NCBI RefSeq assembly: GCF_964204645.1
Contig: NC_134026.1
Location: 9,385,950 to 9,449,949 of the forward strand
Length of the DNA stretch: 64,000 bases
From: Tubulanus polymorphus
Lineage: Eukaryota > Animalia > Nemertea
Reading direction: 5' to 3'
The notes below the pieces were generated by a model. It was not told where the DNA came from. It made no database searches and saw nothing but the letters and a program-made list of their open reading frames with translations. Shown here one piece after another: positions 57,301 through 64,000 of the stretch. Position numbers and translations under genes: made by a program. Position 1 is the first letter of the stretch; every line of letters begins with the position of its first letter.

Positions 57301-60300
57301 TCTTCCTCTTAGTGATGAATTTGTATTGTGGGTAGCAGTCTATTTTGGTGTGCCCTTTTACATTGCTTGAACTCTGATTTATGCATGAAAAACCGACACA
57401 ACCAGAATATTTGTGACAAATGCAAGTTATCAATAGATCTGTTGCTTCCTAAATGATGATAAAGAATGATAGTGTATGGTTATTTGTTTAGTATAAGGTA
57501 TTATGAAAAATTAAGAAAATGTCTGATTTTTCTAGATTGGAGATGGTATTCATTTCAAGATGTCCACCATCGAGCGCTACACCGTCAGATAATCCGCTGG
57601 TTCGGCGACCTGCCCAGTAATCAGAATCCATTCTCAGTGCATCGTCTAGTCAAGTTCGGAGAAACGTGTCTTGATAAAAAACCAGGAGATTGGTATGGCC
57701 CTGCATCGGTTGCACATATCATGAGGTATGTTGGATACGCCTATGAGATAATAAGATTACAGTCCAGTGGTCAAACAGTTGCTCAAAAGTTGGTTTGAGT
57801 TATCCAGTGAATAAATACCATAGTAATGACGCAATCTATAATTGTCACTAGGGAATATCTCCTGGTTAACGTAAACCAGCCTTTAAAAAACCTGCCCCAG
57901 TTTTAGGTTAAGTTAAAATCAACAAGGTTATACCCAGTAACTGACATACCATGACAATCAAAACTGCATCGTACCATGGTACGTATTTGATGGTTAACTT
58001 TAATCAACTTTTGAGCAAACTGCCCCAGTTTTTCTAGCCTGCTTGGTATGCTATCGCATGATAGTATATAGCCCAGGCTTGTAGCCTATGTGTACTGAAT
58101 AATGGGTGCTGAAAGCTAGAGTCTTCACCTAATAAGTATTGTCTTGTTCTATAAAAAATACATTCATTAGGAATAATGCATTGGTAGAAGATGAAGATCT
58201 TATAAGAATCAGTGGAAAGTCATACCTCTCGCCTAGGTGTAATTGCATTCACTATTTGTTTGTTTTTAATGTCAAAGTCATTTGTGTAAACCTTTTCTGT
58301 TTTTGCTGTGGGATCATACATTTATTACGTACGCATTAGGGGAGGGAGGGGTCAGTGCAATTGCGTACTGTAATGCTTAATGTATTAATGTATGGGTACG
58401 TAATAAATGAATGATCCCTGATGATCTAAGATATTTTGTATGAGTACCTACCGGTACATGCATACCTAAGAAATCTCCCCTAAAAAATTGGTTACCCAGT
58501 TGTCAAGTTTTCTGGTAGAAATCGCTTCAAAAATGTTTCATTTTTTCATTCGATTTCAGGGAAGCGATGGATCACGCATACGAATTGAATCCTCTTTTAG
58601 AAATGTGTGTTTACGTGGCGTATGACTGTACAGGTAAAAAGAAAAACCTTTTTTAAAAATCGAAAGGTATCTCTATTTTCTTCAAATCGCTACTAGTCCT
58701 ACAGTTTTGATCAGATCAATTCCAAATTTGGTATGAATGTTCTATGGACCTAGGCCTATAAAGTTACAGAGCCATTTTTAGCCCATTTGGGACTTTAGTC
58801 CCAGCGGGCTATTGCGTTCACTTTTCGTCCGTCGTACGTAGACTGAATCCAGTTATTTTGGGAAGTTTTGAAGACGCTTCAATGTAATGTCTTGATATTT
58901 GGGTTACACATGTATCTACCCTTGACACATCTTCAGCCCAAAAACTGGCCCGTCTGAATCAAGATGGCCGACTGGCAGCCATTGTTGTTCGCCAAGATCA
59001 ACACTTTTTACATATTTTTGAACTTTTTGAGGGAAATTTTTAAGACGCTTTGATCAATTACCTTGATCTTTCGGATGTATGTGAATCCCCCCAGGGCCCA
59101 TCAGCCTAAAAAAAATTGGGTTGATCGGACTCAAGATGACCGTCTTATGACCTTTTTTAGTGCCCAAAAATGTCAATTTTGGCCTGAATTCTGAGTCCTG
59201 TAGCTCCCTACTGGTTTGCCATTTCTCATTGCAATTTGTGATGGGTATTCTTTGAAAAGGGATGTTTTATACCTGAGACCGGTATATTTGATCAGCCAAT
59301 TATGACGCAATTGGCGGCCATCTTGGTATCATCAGTACTCATTCGTAGGTGGGAAAAAGTCTTTCCACATTATATTGATACCTAAGCGTATTTTGTTACC
59401 ACAATCAATTAGAAACTTGTAGCGCATAACGTTTTCTATGATTGTGGTGAGTTTCAAGGTCATTGGTTTTTGTATATGGCCACCAGGGGGTGTTGAATAA
59501 TACAATATCTTAGTATTTCTATATTATATTCGTATCAATGCATATTTTGTAACCACAATCAATTGCAAAGTTGTAGCTCATGACATCATCTATGGTTGTG
59601 GCAAGTTTTAAGGCCATTAGTTATTCTATATGGTCACCAGGGGGCGTAGAATAACTTAGTATTTCCTTATTATATTGGTACCTAGGCATATTTTGTTACC
59701 ATGATCAATTACAAAGTTATAGTTCGTGATATGTTCTATGATTGTGGTGAGTTTCAAGGTCATTGGGTTTGGAATATGGTCACCAGGGGGCGTTGAATAA
59801 CTTAGTATTTCCATATTAAATTGGTAACGAGGCATATTTTGTTATCACAATCAATTACAAAATCGTAGCTGCTGACATGTTCTATGATTGTGGTTAGTTT
59901 CAAGGTCATTGGTTTTTGTATATGGTCACCAGGGGCGTTGAATATTTAAATTGTTAGATTGTTGAGCATTTGGAACCACTTCCCAAGTGGGCATGGTGTC
60001 CCTGGACCCCTAGTTAGTATAGTGCGTAGTAGGCCTGTAGAGGATTTCTGATGTCATGAGCTTGATTAACCATTTCATGAATTTATGTTTGAATGGATTA
60101 GTTATACAGCCAATTACTCAAATTCATTTCCAATAAATAAATGAAAACGAAATTTACTTTGGTGATTGTCCCAATATGGAGAAATATAGATTTTCACATT
60201 GCGTTGTATCCATTGACAGTTTACATTCAAGATGTTGTGGATTTGTGTACAACTCGTCCTAGGAGCTCATCAACAAAAAATGATGCAACTGATGAAACAG

Positions 60301-62330
60301 AAACCGCTACTGTAGCAGACGACTACTGGAGACCTGTCATTATGCTGATCCCTATCCGGTTGGGTGGTGATAAACTGAACGCGATTTATATGCCTTGTGT
60401 GCAAAGTCTGTTTGCTCAAGACAATTGCCTCGGTATCATTGGTGGACGACCGAAACACTCCTTGTATTTTGTTGGTTTTCAAGGTAATCTTTTTGAAGTT
60501 AATATCTTGCACTGGCTGATTTAACGGGCTTAAGTTGAAAAAGGCACTGTCACAGCAAAGGGTGATACTGGTACCAAACCACTAAGGACTCCCAAGCTAA
60601 AATTTACTGTATTGGTTAGTTCAATTGAATTAACACCTAGGTTAAAAGTTTAAACCAGTCCATAAAACTGACCTTTGAGGCTTCATTTGTGTGGTGTAAG
60701 GGATCATATCTAGCAAGCAATAGCATTCAGGAAAAACGAACAATATAATTTTTACTGCTGAGCACTTAAGCACTTAAAATCTTTAGCAGTGTGTGAACAA
60801 AAACTGTTATGTATATACTCGCTTTGCATCCGAGGTGAGATAGAATGCGAATCCAGCTTATGTATCTCGCTTCATCATGTTTCAATGATGACATTCATGA
60901 CTAATGAAATGTGATAATGATTACGTGTAATTGTGGGACATGAATATATATGATAATATTCTTTATTTACTTTATCTACAGATGATAAACTGATTCACTT
61001 GGATCCGCATTACTGCCAAGATGTTGTTGATATGAAAGCGCGGGATTTTCCCTTAAACGTAATTATGTTTCACCTATTGAATCAATTGGGTGGTGGATAC
61101 TCGGTACCAATTATATCAGTGAGCTGTTTGTCAAATCTTACGGCTATTACAATGTTGTGTTTCTTGTTCTTTTCTCAGACATTCCATTGTCTTTCTCCAC
61201 GAAAGATGTCAATCAGCCGTATGGATCCTAGTTGTACTATTGGATTCTATTGCAAAAAGAAAGAGGACTTTTTCAACTTTGTTGAGCAAACGAAAGAGGT
61301 ATGTGTTGTGAATAGTTGAAGATAATTATTTCTTCCTGAAACATCAAGTATCTGCAACCCGCTATTTTCACAGCAAATATTTTCTTCGAATATTCATGCA
61401 TTTAATTGGCCTTCAAAAAGCCAGCATTGTTATATGTTCATATATTGACAGAGCTTTCGAAGTTTAACAAACCTCAACTAACTATTCTAGGGGCGTTGGA
61501 ACAAGGCACACATTGGGCTGACTGTAGATAGATATTCAAGTTGGGGGGCTTGCCTTTGAAAAAACTACCGTTATGTATTCTGACCACTTGTAAACTTGCT
61601 AATATCCTCTCAGACAGAGCCGCGACTGCATAATATATGGGGTAGCACCAGTGGGATTTGTAATGCGGGACTGATAAGGCACTGGCAAGGGTGACCGGGG
61701 TGGTTCGGGTGCTCCAGTATTGTATCGGATGAGGGCTGCACGTCGCCCCTCTAAGCAACAAAGAGCGTATGAGGATTGGCACACCTTTATGATGCACAGT
61801 ACTGCCGGTATTCCGGTTATAAGACTCGGATAGCACTTTTTCAATGGCTGATAATCACTATTACCTTAGTGCTCGTCTGAACATTTGGGCATCAGGATTA
61901 ATTCAGTGGTAAACTTGCACTATTGAAGTACTCACGAAGATGAAGAAATATATTAATGTTAGTGGAATGAATAAATTGAACTCCCTTATCATGTAAGGAA
62001 ATTCTTCCGGTATCCTAGTATTCAAGGTTATTAGGCACTAACCCTCGCATAGGATTTCGATGAGAATGGAAATTATACTGTGGTTACAAATAGGCTATGA
62101 TGTTTATGGTAGTGATCATAATAAATGTTTTCTCTTTATTCTAGTTGATTTGTCCTCCAATGCAGAAGTCACAATATCCGATGTTCATATTCGTCGACGG
62201 TCACAACGAGCACACTGGATTAGATCATATCTGTCAGGAGGAGGAACGTTATCTGCGCATTCAACACCGAGACAGCGATGGCAAAATGAGAAAACAATCA
62301 GTTTCTTCGGAAGATTTCGTATTTCTATGA
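54355..62330 (+). CDS. ATG4D: Cysteine protease ATG4D/ATG4C-type (peptidase C54), 700 aa with long N-terminal extension
   Basis: Exons 54355-55261, 56514-56597, 56671-56871, 57536-57725, 58560-58633, 60220-60483, 60982-61058, 61179-61298, 62145-62330 (2,103 nt). [13 protein letters not shown] (ATG4C/D signature), [11 protein letters not shown], catalytic Cys in [35 protein letters not shown], catalytic Asp/His in [18 protein letters not shown]-terminal [11 protein letters not shown]. Confidence 0.95.
58310..58418. mobile_element. Short MITE
   Basis: GGGATCATACATTTATTACGTAC / GTACGTAATAAATGAATGATCCC inverted termini. Confidence 0.6.
58775..60015 (+). mobile_element. HINE-like element B, intact copy in an ATG4D intron
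   Basis: Reverse complement of the RAD17 copy, without MITE C. Starts TTTTTAGCCCATTTGGGACTTTAGTCCCAGCGGGCTA and ends CCAAGTGGGCATGGTGTCCCTGGACCCCTAGTT, with about five internal ~120-bp units. Confidence 0.75.
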
Positions 62331-63663
62331 GATCGAATGGCGATGAAATTAGAGAATACTGCGAACATAAGATACGGTAAACTATGGATATGTCATCACA
62401 TAATAGAGGTGTAACTGATTCATCATATAAATATCAAACAGACCGTGGTGGCCAGACTATGTTACAACTATCTAAGTACTTCAGGCGCTACTGTTCTATT
62501 AGTTGAGTCCTCTTTGAAACCAGTAAATTCTTCAACAGTATGCATCACTATTGGCTTAAGTACTGAAAATTCATTCATCCCATCTTTACTGAATAATGCA
62601 CACCTCTGCAAAATCTCTAGTAGCTGAACTCTTTTTCAACAACTTTTACTATTGCACGAGAATAAAATCTTGATTGCCTAGGTATAAATTTTGTGTACTT
62701 TTTTTAAATACCATACCTAAAGCTAAAATATCATCATGCTGACATGTAAATTTATTGCTGACAGTTATACAAGTGTTCATTATGACTGTCTTCTAATGAT
62801 ATATCTACTGAGTTTTCTAGTGTCTGCCACTGAAATGCTGTTATTTTACGCTTCACTATTCAAAGCAATTTTCTTTTATAATGTGCACATTTATATCGCA
62901 TAACTCTGTCCGGTTAGGTTGGAAATATGCTGTGTATAATGTACCAATCAGTCATTTGTGGGAACAAATTTCTAGCTGGTATATTGTTGCATTTACCCTC
63001 TGCGTCCAAAACCTGGTCATCTCGGAACAATTGCTTAAACATCCCAGCAGGATCCTAAAACGTAGACAGTCTGATGGATAAGGTCCTGCACCGGGAATCT
63101 AACAGCAGATCTTGGCTTTACCGTCCCCTCCCTGAATACTGGTAGTCTTTAGACACATGATCGTATCGTGTTTAACCTAATATAACTCTGATCATGGATG
63201 GATGTATCATATATTATCCAGTTTGAGAGTGGTGGGTTATATCCGTAGTTTACTGTATAACATTTTAGTTTGATAATTAAGTACATGTATATTTCATGAA
63301 CACTTGAATTAGTATGTGGTAGAAATGTATCGATCGGTTTGTACATGTAATTGTTGTGTATTTTATATTTAATTTTCGTTGCTGAAATTTATAATAAATT
63401 GTTGGTATAAATTAATTTAGGTTCATAATAGACCTGTAATTTTGTTTTTCATTTCTGGGTTATTTGGAGTGGATGAGGAAAACAAACAACTCTTTTAATT
63501 GTTTTATCTCCAGATTTCAGAACAAATGCATTGCTATTCCTTTCCTTACTAAAAAAGTTACATCAAATATTCAATCATGGCAATTGATTACTCGAACGAT
63601 ATCTGCATAAATGGGCTTTATTGTCCAAATAAATGACTGACCAACTCACACAAGAACTGTTCA

Positions 63664-63667
<4 letters not shown>

Positions 63668-63756
<89 letters not shown>
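63668..63756. repeat. (AT)n microsatellite, about 44 units
   Basis: Directly visible; it produces the spurious IYIYIY ORF at 63661-63909. Confidence 0.97.
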
Positions 63757-63762
<6 letters not shown>

Positions 63763-64000
63763 GATTTCACTTGAGCAAATTACATGTACATCATACAAAT
63801 CAATTGAAACTTGTCTATTTAAAAAATGTAGAGTATCAACACTGATTATGTAAATATTAAGAAAGCAATATAAGCATATAAATCGAGAGACGTTATTCAA
63901 TGAACACAATCAACAACAAAGCACCAATCAAGTTAACTACCGGGTATATGAAATGATCTGGAAAATTTACCACCGATTAAAAGATTAAAACAGCATCCAA

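Noticed and set aside
63661-63909. ORF with an IYIYIY repeat
   Set aside because: It is the translation of an (AT)n microsatellite.

Overview
AT-rich, intron-rich metazoan genomic DNA, not prokaryotic; an invertebrate bilaterian, possibly lophotrochozoan, is my inference from intron structure and repeat types. Five spliced genes can be rebuilt by hand with GT-AG junctions and consistent phases: the 3' part of an EPS15/EPS15L1 endocytic adaptor (+), the E3 ligase TOPORS (-, 928 aa), a MAPK-interacting kinase MKNK/Mnk (+, 507-537 aa), the checkpoint clamp loader RAD17 (-, 17 coding exons, 624 aa) and the autophagy protease ATG4D/C (+, 700 aa). TOPORS/MKNK and RAD17/ATG4D are each arranged head-to-head. 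Introns and UTRs hold many non-autonomous elements (Helentron/HINE-like and MITE-like). I found no new enzymatic or defence system. The most unusual structures are: a four-level nested transposon stack plus a near-perfect 1,575-bp tandem duplication in RAD17 intron 2; a HINE-like copy in ATG4D carrying a one-sided piece of its former host element; candidate alternative last exons or intronic polyA sites that would remove the EPS15 UIMs and the Mnk MAPK-docking site; and a spliced uORF with a long disordered N-terminus in ATG4D. All coordinates were read by eye and no searches were run.
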